DNA from: Phaeosaccion multiseriatum
Taxonomy: Eukaryota; Protista; Ochrophyta, other classes
Length of the DNA stretch: 64,000 bases
Reading direction: 5' to 3'
Assembly (NCBI GenBank): GCA_965112735.1
Contig: OZ218956.1
Coordinates: forward strand, 1,426,001 to 1,490,000
Under the pieces are notes generated by a model that had not been told where the DNA came from, did no database searches, and worked only from the letters and a program-made list of their open reading frames with translations. This document shows, piece by piece, positions 13,038-24,801 of the stretch (the stretch's first letter is position 1; each line of letters opens with the position of its first letter). Both the position numbers and the translations under genes were made by a program.

Positions 13038-13867
13038 GGGGGTGCTGGAGCAGGTGGTGGTGGTGCTGCTGCTGCTCCTAACGGCTGTACACTTGGTGAA
13101 GGGACTTCGCTGGTCCCATTCACAGCGGTGGCATCCACGCTCACGGGCACGCCCACCGTAGCCACGGAACAAGACCCGCCAAGCGAGGATGACGAGGTCG
13201 GAGGGTTCGGGGCCCCGGTGGAGCTGCTGTTGTCGGCCTCCCTCCCCTCCACTGTGGTGGGTGTGGCCACGACAGACACCAGAGAAGCCGATTGGGAGGA
13301 TGACACGCGCTGTTGCGGCGCTGCCTCGCTGCCGTCGACGGCGGGCATGGAGGAGGAGGAAGGCCCCGGTACAGAGGAGGCCACCCTCCTACGAACACCA
13401 TCACCACCACCACCTCCACCCCCACCAGAACTCCCAGCGGGTCGAGCGTGCCTGCGCCTTTGCCGCTGCTGATGCTCCTCCTGGTAGCCTGTGAGGGCCA
13501 TGGCTTGCGCGGTGAGGAAGTCATCAGTGTACTCCTCCTCCCTCTGGAATATCTCTCCGCCTCTTCCCCTGGGGTGTGGCTCTTGCCGAGGCTCGTCGCC
13601 TCCTTCGCCCCCCCCCACCAATCCCAGCCTCCGCCTCCGTCGCAACTCTTGCTCCTCCTTGTTCTTCTTGTGCAGTAGCCAGCCGCCGAACCCAACGCCG
13701 CCGATGAGGAGCAGGGGCCCTGCACCAACGAGGAGTGCGGTGGCAACTGCCCCTCCGATTACCAAACCTTTTCTCCCATTGTGATGGGGATGGTGGTGCG
13801 CGTTGTTGGTGGCACAGTTACGGCCGCAGCGGTGCTGGCGGTGGTTTTGATGCTGCGGATTTCTCAT
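12070..13867 (-). CDS. EH (Eps15-homology)/EF-hand domain protein with an N-terminal hydrophobic segment
   Basis: Exon 13867-12420 joined to exon 12169-12070 gives ...WVVTEEEK...ADVDQDGMLDADEFSLAV|HLMRMHGRDGRLPETLTPELIPPSKR, the EH-domain signature. The N-terminus has LVIGGAVATALLVGAGPLLLIGGVGFGGWLL. Confidence 0.8.
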
Positions 13868-13925
13868 GTTGGACGCCGCTATTGAGAAAGAAGGTGGTGG
13901 AGAAGCGGGAGGCACATTATAGGAC

Positions 13926-14087
13926 AGGTTCGGAGTGAAGTTAAAGCGCACAGCTCAAAAAGAGTGGGTGTTTAGCCCCCTCCTGTGCTCTTGAGATAAG
14001 CATCAGTAGAGAGGTTAGGAGTGAAGTGCTCTTGAGAAAGAAAGTGGAAAAGAGGATAGGTATCAATAGAGAGGTTAGGAGTGAAGT
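13926..14087. repeat. Short direct repeats in a divergent promoter region
   Basis: ATCA(G/A)TAGAGAGGTTAGGAGTGAAGT at 14002-14027 and 14062-14087. A partial copy AGGTTCGGAGTGAAGT lies at 13926. GTGCTCTTGAGA occurs twice. Confidence 0.8.
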
Positions 14088-14730
14088 TTCAAAGAGTGGT
14101 GTTCCCCCCCCCCTTCCTAACAGCTTGAAGCCCTCTGTGTAAATCCCCTCCCACCCCCCCTCCCTCCTCCGAGCAACGTTCTGTGTTGAAGTGTCTGTGC
14201 TTTTCCCTCTCAGCGAAGCTACAGTAACTCAAAGATGGCATCAAGCACACCACACACCTTGTAGCCTCTTATATTTGTCTCTGCAGTGTCTGGCAAAGAG
14301 GGAAGAGAGAGGAGGAGGGGGAAAAAAGGATGGAGAGCGTTCTCGAGCGAGGAGTTCGGGACGTGGGGTGCCATCCCCTCTTCATTTTTCATTGACTTAC
14401 GCCCCTGATTTTTGGATTTTGACCGCCTCAATTCTCAGTTTCTCGTCCTGAATGTACACAAGAGGCGGGATGAAACATTTTGAGCAAAACGCTTTAGTCC
14501 GCCTCCCTCATAGGAGAGGCGTAGAACTCGGCAAGAGTCGAATGTCACTGCCTCTGAAGCGGGTCGAGGCAAGAAGGAGGAAGGGGGAGCCCTTTAGTTT
14601 TGTTCTCTCTGCTGTTGCAACTTGTAGCAAACACGAGAAGAGTCAAAAGCCAGACCCGAAGCGGGGTCGAAGAGGCGGGCGCTTGTAGTGTCGGTATCTC
14701 TCTCTTGCTGCTGCTGCGCTGTTGGCACAG

Positions 14731-17700
14731 ATGGCACAGGCCTCAAAAGCCAAGTTGTTGGCGGGGCGTGCCTGTCCTCGTCTACAGCAGCTTTGGATCT
14801 GCTTCGTGTTGTTTCCCAAGATGATTTCTGCCGTAGCGGTAACTGCAGCGTCGTGCTTCTGCGGCGAGAAGCACACGTGCTTCCTGTTCAACGACGAAGT
14901 GACGTGCTGGGGTTCGAAAGACAACAATCGTGTGGGCTTCGATACGTCCTCGGACATCGGAGGTACTCCTGGGGACATGGGCAGTGGGATGACCACCGCT
15001 GAGCTCCCCACCTCGCTCAGCGCCGAGACGCCGACCTCAATCGGAGGGAGCAGCGTCTCTACGTGTATCTCCTTCTCAGACGGATCGATGTTCTGCTTTG
15101 GTAAGTGCTCTGCTCCTTTGCTGGCTTCTTTCCCGAATGACTGGTGGCTCCACATGTTTTGAATGCATGGATCAACGAGCCCGCCCCACCTCTGTCGCAC
15201 TTGAACAGGAGAAAATCTCAACGGCCAGCTCGGCATTGACAGCGAGCTCGATCAAGACTTCTCCACTCCCGACCTCACGCCGTAAGTGTACTTCCTCCTC
15301 CCAAGGAGCGCTGCCCCAGAAACACACGCACACGCACCCCCTCCCGCCACTGACCGATGCACCAACAACTTTCGTACTGTACACACCTCCACACAGCGTG
15401 ATACAAACAGGCAGCACCGTCGTTTCGGCGAGCAGCGGGCATGGTCTCCACCAGTGCGCCATCTTCTCCGGCGGCTCCTATTGCTGGGGCTCGTCGTTCG
15501 AAGGAGAGGCTGGTACAAACAAGAGGCTCACCACCGGAGAGGGAAACGACCCCGACGAGATGACTGATAATCTGGCCCCCCTCGACTTTCTTTCCAGCCG
15601 AACCGTTGAAGAGTTCGCTCTCGGCAATCTGCACACGTGCGCGCTGCTTAACGACGGAGCGGTCAGGTGAGTGAGTGAGTGAGTCAAGTCAGTCCGTCCG
15701 TCCAAACAGTGATAGATAGATATATCTGGTGTCACTCAGTCTGTTCCATCCATCCATCTCGTCCTGAACAACAAAGGACTTCTTCCAATCGATTCACTCA
15801 CTCCACAAGACCGATTTCACTTTGCCCCCCCCCCGCTCTCTACCCACAGATGCTTTGGCCGCGGAGACGAGGGCCAACTGGGTCTGGAGGCCGATACAGA
15901 TTTACTCACACCCAGCACCGGTGCAACGGACGTCGACCTCGGGACGGGTCGGACTGCAGTGCATGTGGCGGCGGGCGACAATCACTCCTGCGCCGTATTG
16001 GACACTGGGGATGTGGTGTGTTGGGGGGACAACAGCTCGGGTGAGTGACTGGACTTGGGAGGGTGTTGAGAGAGTGGAGGAGGAGGGGAGGCGGGGGGGG
16101 AGCGGTGCTTGGATGAATTTGAGCTCGGGGGCTGACTGTGCCCCTCCACCTCCCTCGGGGGGCAGGAGCAGAGCATCCGCAGGCCGAGGCGACTGGAACT
16201 TGGCTGAGGTGAGGTGCAGCTGCCGATTGACACGCCACTCCCTTCCCTCCTCCCCCCCTCTCCTCCTTGCTTTCCCGCTGCTTCTCTCTCCACTCCCCAC
16301 GGGTTGCTCTCCCCCGATTGTAATGCGCACGCACGTGCACGCACACACGACGTCGACGCGTGCAGGCCAGGTAGGCACCGTCAACCCCGCCACAAGTCCG
16401 ACCGCAACCGCTCTCTGTAGGCTCAGAATATCGCGTCTTGAACAAGCGAGACTTGTCTTTCCGCAACATTGTTCCCTACCATCCCCTCCCTCACCGCCGC
16501 TTCCTGCAGCTCCAATGTCCTTCTGCCTTGTGCCATGCCTTCGTCTGGCCCTTGCTTTTTCTTGCGCTTGCTCTTGCCCATGTCCTTGCTCTTGCTCTTC
16601 TCTTATCTTGATAGCTGCTGTTGTTGTTGTCGTTGTTGCTGTTGCTGTTGTTGTTGTGGTGTGGTGGTGCTGGTGATGATGTCTCGCAGCTGGGAATTGA
16701 CTCGAGCTCGAACGTTGGTGACGCCGCAAATTCTATGGGAGACGCCCTGACTGCGGTCAATCTCGGCACCGGCCGGACAGCAGTGGCTATCTCCGGAGGG
16801 GGGGCTTTCACATGCGCCGTATTGGACAACGGTGAGGCAAGGCAAGGCAGGGATGGGCAAGTACGGTTCCTTGGGGCCTTACTGTTGTCAGGGGACTCGC
16901 AACCCAACCCAGCCTACTCCTTTGAAGTGGACCTCGTTCCTAGGCTCTGATTGATCGCACACTATCTTACTGTATTGGCAACTGTCTCTCTCCCTCCTTC
17001 CTTCCCTCCTTCCCTCCCTCCCTCCCTCCCTCCCTCCCTCCCTCCCTCCCTCCCTCCTTCCCTCCTTCCCTCCTTCCCTCCCACCCCCCTTCCCTCTCTC
17101 CCTCCCTCCCTCCCTCCCTCCTTCCCCCTGTACTGACTGTGGCGCTCACCATTGGACAGGCGGAGTCAAGTGCTGGGGAGATAACAACAGCGGGGTTTTG
17201 GGGCAGGAGTCAACTGCCAGCACTATTGGGGAAAACGCCGGGGACATGGCTGCCCTAGCGGAGGTGCGTGAGTGTCGCCAAAGGCAGAGAGGCATATGGG
17301 TAGGAGGTGACTCGCTTATCTCCAAAGGCGATGCTCCCCTTGCGTACCCCATTTCGTCCCTTAACGCTTCACCCTGCCCCAATACGTTAATGTTCCTGCC
17401 TCCCCTATTCCCTCGCACCCTCTCTCTTGTCTCTTTCCCGTGCGACAGATTGACATTGGCACAGGCCGTACCGCAGTGGCCATGTGCACTGGATATAGGC
17501 ACATGTGTGCCATCCTCGACACGAATTCCAACTTGCTCTGCTGGGGAGAGGGGGGCAAGTGAGTGAACGAACTGAAACCGAAGCGATCACCTGGATCATA
17601 TGAATACTGTTTTCTTCTCTCTCTCCCTCCCCCCCCACCCCCCCCCTCTCTCTATCTCCTGCATTTAGAAAGTGCTGCCCTGACGAGGGGCGTGAGAAAA

Positions 17701-20473
17701 GTGCTTCTTGCTTTGTTGTGAGCAGTCTATGGACCCAGTGCTGGACCCACTGCATCAGTGTGAAGCCCCATCCCCTGTCTCGGCGCCCTACTCCTCCTGA
17801 AACCCCTCCTCCACTCCACATCCTGACTGCCCCCCCTCAGCCACTTCTTTGCTCCCGGAATGCTCCTCCCTTACTGTCCGCTGCTCCTCTTCACTCCTTC
17901 TGGTCCTGACTTCTCCTCCTCCTGCTTACTCGTTTCCTTGCCCCCATCTACTGCCCCTTTGCGGTGATGTTTTGCCCGATAACTTCTCAGTGGTAGACTT
18001 GGCTCGGGGAGCACATCTGACATTGGAGACGACTCGGGAGAGATGCCTCCTGCAGAGTTGGACCTGGGATACACCAACGCTCCCACACCAGCTCCCACAG
18101 CAGCGCCGACCAGAGCTCCCACAGCAGCTCCGACCGTAGCACCGACAGCAGCTCCGACCGTAGCACCCACAGCCGCACCAACTGCCGTGCCGACTCAGGT
18201 TTGTTTTGCCATTACTAATTGACCGCTGTTAGCATAGCCAGACCAGCTGACTAAGCTAAGGGAATTTCTTTGTTTCTCATTCTTGTGTTGTCCCGAATCG
18301 CCTTGCTCAGGCGCCTACGGCTGCTCCGAGCGTGGCCCCAACCTTAGCCCCGACTCAGGTTCGTGCTGGCATTTCTTGGCTCTCCTTCATCATCCTTGCT
18401 CGCTCGTTCTCTAACTAGCCCACCTGTACCACCTTGCTTCGCCTTCCGAATGGGTTGTTCCGAATCGTCTTTCTCAGGCACCTACGACTGCCCCCACCGC
18501 CGCCCCATCTGTGGCCCCAACTCTGGTTCGTAATGGCGATTCCCTCACCCCTTCCTTACCCTGTCCCGGTGAGGCCAGTCTGTGTGACCAAACTTCTCCA
18601 TGCGTTTCCGAATCGTCTTGTTCAGGCGCCTACGGCTGCTCCGACCATTGCCCCAACCTTGGCCCCGACTCAGGTTCGTGCTGTTCTCCATTGCCCATCC
18701 TTCCTTCCTCCTTCTGTCTACGTCTCTGTTGTAGACCGGCGTGTACAATCTCTGTCCTCCTCCGCTGTTGCCCTTTCTCGAATGGTCTTGCTCAGGCGCC
18801 TGCTTGCTCCGACCGCTGCCCCAACCTTAGCTAAGCCCAGACTCAAATTCGTTTTGTCGATTGTCTTTCCTTCGCTGTGATTGCTTCCAACCCCACTTCT
18901 CATTCATGCATGTTTTCCAATTGTCGTTGTCAGGCGCCTACGGCTGCTCCGACCGCTGCACCAACTACTGCCCCGACTCAGGTTCGTTTGTGTCATGCCT
19001 GTTCCCTCCTTACTTGCTCTCCCGTGTAGTATAATCACTCTCCTCCGCTCTTGCCCGTGCTCGAATCGTCGCTCTCAGGCGCCTACGCTGGCTCCGACCA
19101 CTGCCCCAACCCTTGCCCCGACTGAGGTTCGTGTTCCCTACTACTTCGTGTTGCCTACTTCCGACTGTCCTTCGCTCCCTCCCCCTTCCTTCTGCCTCCT
19201 CCTTGTCTCCCTTTGTGGGCGCAAAGTGTGCCCCCAGTCTTCTATCCTCTGAACGGATGATAGTGACAAATCTTGCCCCCCCCCCCTCCTCCACCTCTCG
19301 TTTCCTCAGGCGCCCACAGCAGCACCAACAGCAGCACCAACAGCAGCACCAACAGCAGCACCAACAATAGCTCCAACAGCCGCCCCGACAGCAGCACCTA
19401 CAGCAGCCCCAACAGCAGCTCCAACAGCCGCCCCAAGCACAGCACCAACATTGGCCCCAACAGCAGCTCCGACACTCGAGCCGCTTCCGGACGACTTCGG
19501 TGTCGATTCTCTGAACTACCTCAACGGGACTTGCGTGCTGGTCGGTCTCGGTGCCAACACGTTTACTCCCGGCCTCCAGAGCTACTTTGTACTCGCTCTC
19601 AGAGCCCTCTCGTCGACCATGGATGCAGAACAAGTGTACATCGTCTCCATTCGTGACGTGCTCTGGACATCAGAGGAGGAGGAGACGCGCCGATTGCAGC
19701 TCCAGGCTCCTTCCGATGTCCCACCACTCTCTTCCGCACCACCACACCCGTCACCGTCACAACGGCCAGGAGCAGCAGAAGTAGCAGAAGCAGCAAGAGC
19801 GGTAGCTGCAGCGGCGCCAGCAGCCAGTTTGTCGTCTGTTCGTCGCAATGCAGCGTCCTTTCTGGGACCAAGTGAAGGGCAACAAGAAGAATGGGGAGGG
19901 GTGGGCGGCTGGAGGGAGAAGGGCGAGAAGGAGTGGGGAAGACGAGAGCAAGCGGCAGTGACGGAGATGCAAAGGCGACAGCTGTCGTCGTCAGCGACCA
20001 ATGGAAGCAGCAGCGCCGTTGAGGTGTCCTTCTTGGTGTTGGGCTTTGCCTCCGCCTCGGACTGTAGCGCCGCTGCCGCCGAGGTGTTGCAAGGGGAGAG
20101 CAGCGGTGCCCTGCAGGACTCGTTCCTATCCTATGTGGAAATCGCCAGCTTAGTCCTACGGGCAGTGTTGGACGAGACGGAGGACGGCACGCCTGTCGAA
20201 CTCATCATCCTCCTCGTCTTCGTCGCGATCGTCGGAGCAGTGCTCTTCCTCGCTTGGGCGGTCTTCTGCCTGCCCGATCTATGGGCTACGGCGAGGTACT
20301 TGACACGACGCCTGCGATACCGCCTCCCCACGGTGATGGGCGGCAAGGAGGAGGTGAAAGTGCTTGTGAACCAGAACTTCGTGGACGAAATGATCATTTC
20401 TGCTGACGTGCTCAAGGCCATGCCCCCAAGGACCCATTACTCCAACCCGCCCAGCGAGGAGAGTCTGCTCTGA
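14731..20473 (+). CDS. Type I membrane/cell-surface protein: signal peptide, RCC1-like beta-propeller repeats, APT-repeat mucin-like stalk, SEA-like domain, TM helix
   Basis: Exons 14731-15100, 15209-15281, 15397-15666, 15850-16040, 16366-16370, 16690-16831, 17160-17263, 17449-17558, 17991-18198, five 48-nt exons, and 19310-20473. Repeated HTC..L..G.V.CWG.N..GQLG motifs. TM segment LIILLVFVAIVGAVLFLAWAVFCL. Confidence 0.85.
18311..19126 (+). repeat. Tandem array of paralogous 48-nt exons with homologous flanking introns
   Basis: Exons at 18311-18358, 18478-18525, 18626-18673, 18934-18981 and 19079-19126, plus a degenerate copy at 18796-18846. Introns share the GTTCGT donor and mostly CGAATCGTC..TCAG acceptor ends. 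Confidence 0.9.
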
Positions 20474-21199
20474 AAGACAGTTCGTGACTTAGGTCGCATT
20501 TGGATCGGAGCTGAGCGGAGCCTGTGCGAAGCTGCTGGTGGGTTGAAGCCGTCGGCATAGAAGAAGGAAAGATAGAGGCGGCAGAGGGCAAGGAGGGGGG
20601 AGGCAGAGCGGGCGCGGCGCGGCTCAGTTTAGTTGGTGCGAGCCTTTAGTAGCGGTCAGGAAAGGGGCGGGCAACGGAGTCACAGCTGGCGGCCCTCTCT
20701 TGTCCCACGGCAAGCGGGTGCAATGGACGCGTGCGCGCGAGTGTGTGTGTGTGTGTGGGTAGGTGCGACACTTGCTTTCGGCGCGGGAAGGGGCACAAAA
20801 GAGCGCTGTGCGCCCAATCGAAGGTAGACAGCAGACCAGAGCCGCTTGACGGCTAAAGGGGCTCGAGAGGCTGCGGGTCGTACACAACACCCCTCCTTCA
20901 CCCTTCTCGGGGTACCCATCAAGACGGGACTCAATCCTCTGTGGCGATGCCTGGCCTCACGATACATGCTTTCTAATCAATTCTGAAGTTCGATTTTTAT
21001 TTTTTTTGATATTTTCTCCTCCTCCTCCTCGTGCCCTTCTTTCCCACCTGTACACTACTCCGCTCCACGCTTCCCCCCTTCCCTCTATTTACCTTATGTG
21101 TCTATTCTTCTCTCTCTCTGTATGTGTGTGTGTTGACGTATAATCATCACACGAGCAAGGGATACATAGGACGGGAGTGCGTAGCATGAGGTGCGTGCA

Positions 21200-21555
21200 C
21201 ATCCATCCATCCATCCATCCATCCATCCATCCATCCATCCATCCATCCATCCATCCATCCATCCATCCATCCATCCATCCATCCATCCATCCATCCATCC
21301 ATCCATCCATCCATCCATCCATCCATCCATCCATCCATCCATCCATCCATCCATCCATCCATCCATCCATCCATCCATCCATCCATCCATCCATCCATCC
21401 ATCCATCCATCCATCCATCCATCCATCCATCCATCCATCCATCCATCCATCCATCCATCCATCCATCCATCCATCCATCCATCCATCCATCCATCCATCC
21501 ATCCATCCATCCATCCATCCATCCATCCATCCATCCATCCATCCATCCATCCATC
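21200..21555. repeat. Perfect (CATC)n microsatellite, about 89 units
   Basis: Directly visible uninterrupted array. It is the source of the spurious MDGW/HPSI ORFs. Confidence 0.98.
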
Positions 21556-22223
21556 GATCAACCTCCACGAGCCACACGGCCGCGCGGAGATGACTGGAAA
21601 GACAAGAGAGAAGAGCGCTTCTCATCCCTCCATTTCCCTCTCTTTCTTTCCCTTCTCTCCCCTTTCCTTTCCTGATCCAAAGCAAGATGTGGAGTGCAGG
21701 TAGATAGGTGATTGTGCGACTTGCATGTCCATATGACTGCCTTCTGCCATTTGTGACACCGGTTGTCGCTCTCCCACTGCCGGTAGCAGCAAGGCTAGCA
21801 GGTGGTCACTCTGCCCAAGCCCATCACCTTGACTTACTTGAGCACGGGTGGGGGCAACGCAGCTGAGGCTTGGAGCTGCCAGCAAGGCTTATCCTTTCAG
21901 TGCGGATTGCCATGCGTGCATGCGTGCATGGGTGCGTGCGTGCATGTGTGCGTACGTGCGTGCGTGCGTGCGGGGCCTCCTCTCGGTAGTGCTCCTCTTC
22001 TTGCCGGCCCAGCCGCGCTGTGCAGCACCGGCATACTATATCACACTGTGCGCCACCGGCAAACCTCTGTTTGGTTCGCTTTGCTTTGATCCTTTGGGGC
22101 GCTGCTGTGGCCAGAGTGGGTCTTGCCTTCTCTACTGCAGCCCATCGCGATTGGTGAAGCCCATCGCCATGTACAGGATGGAGCAGTTGCCCCCCCCCAA
22201 GCAAGTAGCCTTGAGGGCCTGCC

Positions 22224-22686
22224 TTACTTCAGGGCCACCCGCTTACTCTTACCTGCTGGAGAGCGCTGGACTTTGGAAGCGCTACTGGTAGCTGTCGCTG
22301 CCTTGCGGCTTCCTCCTCCTCCTCCTCCTCCTCCTCCTCCTCCTCCTCCTCCTCCTCCTCCTCCTCCTCCTCCTCCTCCTCCGCTCCGGACACCACCCCC
22401 CTCAAGCCTGGTCCTGCTGTCCGCACGTCGCAATGACGGTACGACTCTGCGGCTGGACTTTCCCTGCGAAGACAGGGCTTGCCGCTTTGCGCTTCCGCTT
22501 TCAGTGCTTGGATGGGCTGCGTGCTTGCGCGTGGCCGCTGCCCCCCCTCCCCGACCCCCACCTTCCTTCCCCCGCCCTCCGCCGCCTCCCTTGGAGATAC
22601 TTAGTCTTCCGGCGCCTGCCTTGGCAGCTGCAAGTGTTTTGTTTTTAGTTGTTTGTTTTGGGGAGGGCGCGCGCGTGTGTGTGTGT

Positions 22687-22725
<39 letters not shown>

Positions 22726-24801
22726 TGTGTGTGTGTGTGTGTATGGTGGGCGTGGCAAGCACGATGGAGAGTCGAACAGTAACGTGGAACGCAAGGCCCC
22801 CATGAGAGGCCTGGAGCCGTACAAGAGCGTAGTGAAACACGTGCTGTGCGTGGCTGGGCTCCATCTCTTTTATAAAGGTAAGCACTATTCGCCCCCCCCC
22901 CCCCTGCTGCCCGACGGCTCACGTACTCACCCGCTTTGAACTTGCTAAAGCTGCCGGGCCGCTGCTGCGTGGTCCTACCTAGCGTGGGCTTTACCCCGGC
23001 CCCTCCTTCCCCCGTCCCTCGTCCTCTCAGCTTCCGTGCCGCCCTACCCGTCACGCCAGCTATGGAAGCCCTGCCGGCGCGAGCTTTGGCTGCAAAGGCG
23101 TTCATGGCCCGAATGCCAAGAATCTGCTTCTTGACGACGTTCCTCAGTCGGCGACGACTGGCCAGCGACCCCGTGAGCTCCAGAAAAGGCATGTCTTTGG
23201 TGTTGGCAAAGGGTTGGATGGGGGCGCCAGTAACCGGGTCTTTGCTCTCCATCAGTGCTAAGAACGCTCCCTGATCAACGTGCACCTATGGGGGGAAAGG
23301 GGTGTGAGATTTGGTTCCGACCAATGTCCATTGGCAGCGCGCATGTACGTACACACACATACACACAGAGGGAGAGAGAGAATCATAGGGAGAGAGATGG
23401 AACACCGCGGAATGTCTGCCCCACCTGCATGATTTGCTTCATGCTCATGAAATCCCCATTGGTGAGTTTGACTCTGCGAGATGCGCAGGCCTCCCAGAAC
23501 TTGACACCGAGAATCCGCTGCTGCATGAGCTGCTGCAGCATGAAGGCCGGGTACAGAAGGGCGTTGTGCGTCTTGCAAAAGTCTCGGAACTTATCGATGG
23601 TGATGCTCACGCTCATATCTCCTCCTCTCAGCTGGTCCATCACCATGAGCGCCTGTTTGTTCACGTCAAGGTCTTTCCCGTACACCTGAGAGAGAGGGAG
23701 AGGGAGAGGGAAGGAGAGAGTAGGAGAGAGAAGAGAAACAGGGAGGGAGAGAGTAAAAGTGAGCGAGAGAGAGGAAGAGGAAGTGAGCGAGAGAGAAAGA
23801 GAGAGGGAGTGAGAGAGGATTGAAGGAGGAGACGACATAAGCATGAGAGGGTCCTCAGAAAGAGTAAGGCTCGTATGATGCGGTAGGTGGCGGTGGGCGA
23901 CATGCCAACGAACATCCGCCGACTGCACCTGCCCACAACACCCACCCACTCACTCACTCACTCACTCACCTCTCTAAGCATGAGCTCGATCTCCCCCACC
24001 TCAATGCTCCCCGAGGCATCATTGTCGTAGAGGTCGAAGGCGAAGAGCGTCAAGGATGCTTGAGACAGAGTGCAGTAGTTCCACTGCAGGGAGGGGTTGC
24101 GCGGAGGGGGAGGCGGGAGGGGGGTCACTACTAGTAGAGGACATGCGAACAGATATTCACAATCAGCGTCAAAGTCACGGCCACGAGCCTCTTAAGAGAA
24201 GGGCTGTGTACTGCCACTTGTATGCACATGTACGCGTACACACTCACCAGGGACAGGACGAACTCCTTAAAGTCAATGCTTCCGGAGCCGTCCTCGTCGA
24301 AGATGCGAAAGATTCTTTTGGTGAACTTTGTCTGCTTCAGTTCCATGTACTCAAAGAGCTCCCACGTACATATCTCACCTTTGGGTGAGGGGAGAGAGAA
24401 CACAGACACAGACAGGGAGAGAGCAGACGGCCGGACGACTCAGTTGAGGGAGAGGCAGACAGCAACGAGCACAGCAACTGCACGGCAGAGGGGGAATTAG
24501 AAGGACTCTGTACCATTCAAGTCCTACATGACTCACCCGATCCGTCGTTGTCGATCTCGCTGTATGCCTCCCAGAACTTTTCCACTTCATCTGGAGAGAG
24601 CTGCAGGGCATCAAACTCTCTGGAGAGGCAGCGGACGAAAGCATGGACAAGTGGCTGTGTGGTGAGAAAGCTACACTAGAAGCAGCGACATACGTTCAAA
24701 GGCGACGCGATCGGGACTGCAACTCACCGCTTGTGCGCTCGGATGTTGATATTGGCATCGTAGATCGTGCGCTTTCTGAAGACGCTGCCCGACTGCCCCA
24801 T
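22224..24801 (-). CDS. Calcineurin B-like / EF-hand calcium-binding protein with N-myristoylation motif and basic C-terminal tail
   Basis: Starts MGQSGS (ATG 24801). EF loops DNDGSGEI, DEDGSGSIDFKEF and DNDASGSIEVGE are spread over GT-AG exons, followed by LLYPAFMLQ..MQQRILGVKFWE. The 3' end is uncertain (22224, or 21824 if a further short intron exists). Confidence 0.8.

Noticed and set aside
18311-19126. CRISPR-like appearance (similar repeats separated by spacers)
   Set aside because: The repeats are in-frame coding exons flanked by AG/GT, the spacers are mutually homologous introns, there are no cas genes, and the context is eukaryotic.
21089-21703. ORFs with MDGW/HPSI repeats
   Set aside because: They are translations of the (CATC)n microsatellite.
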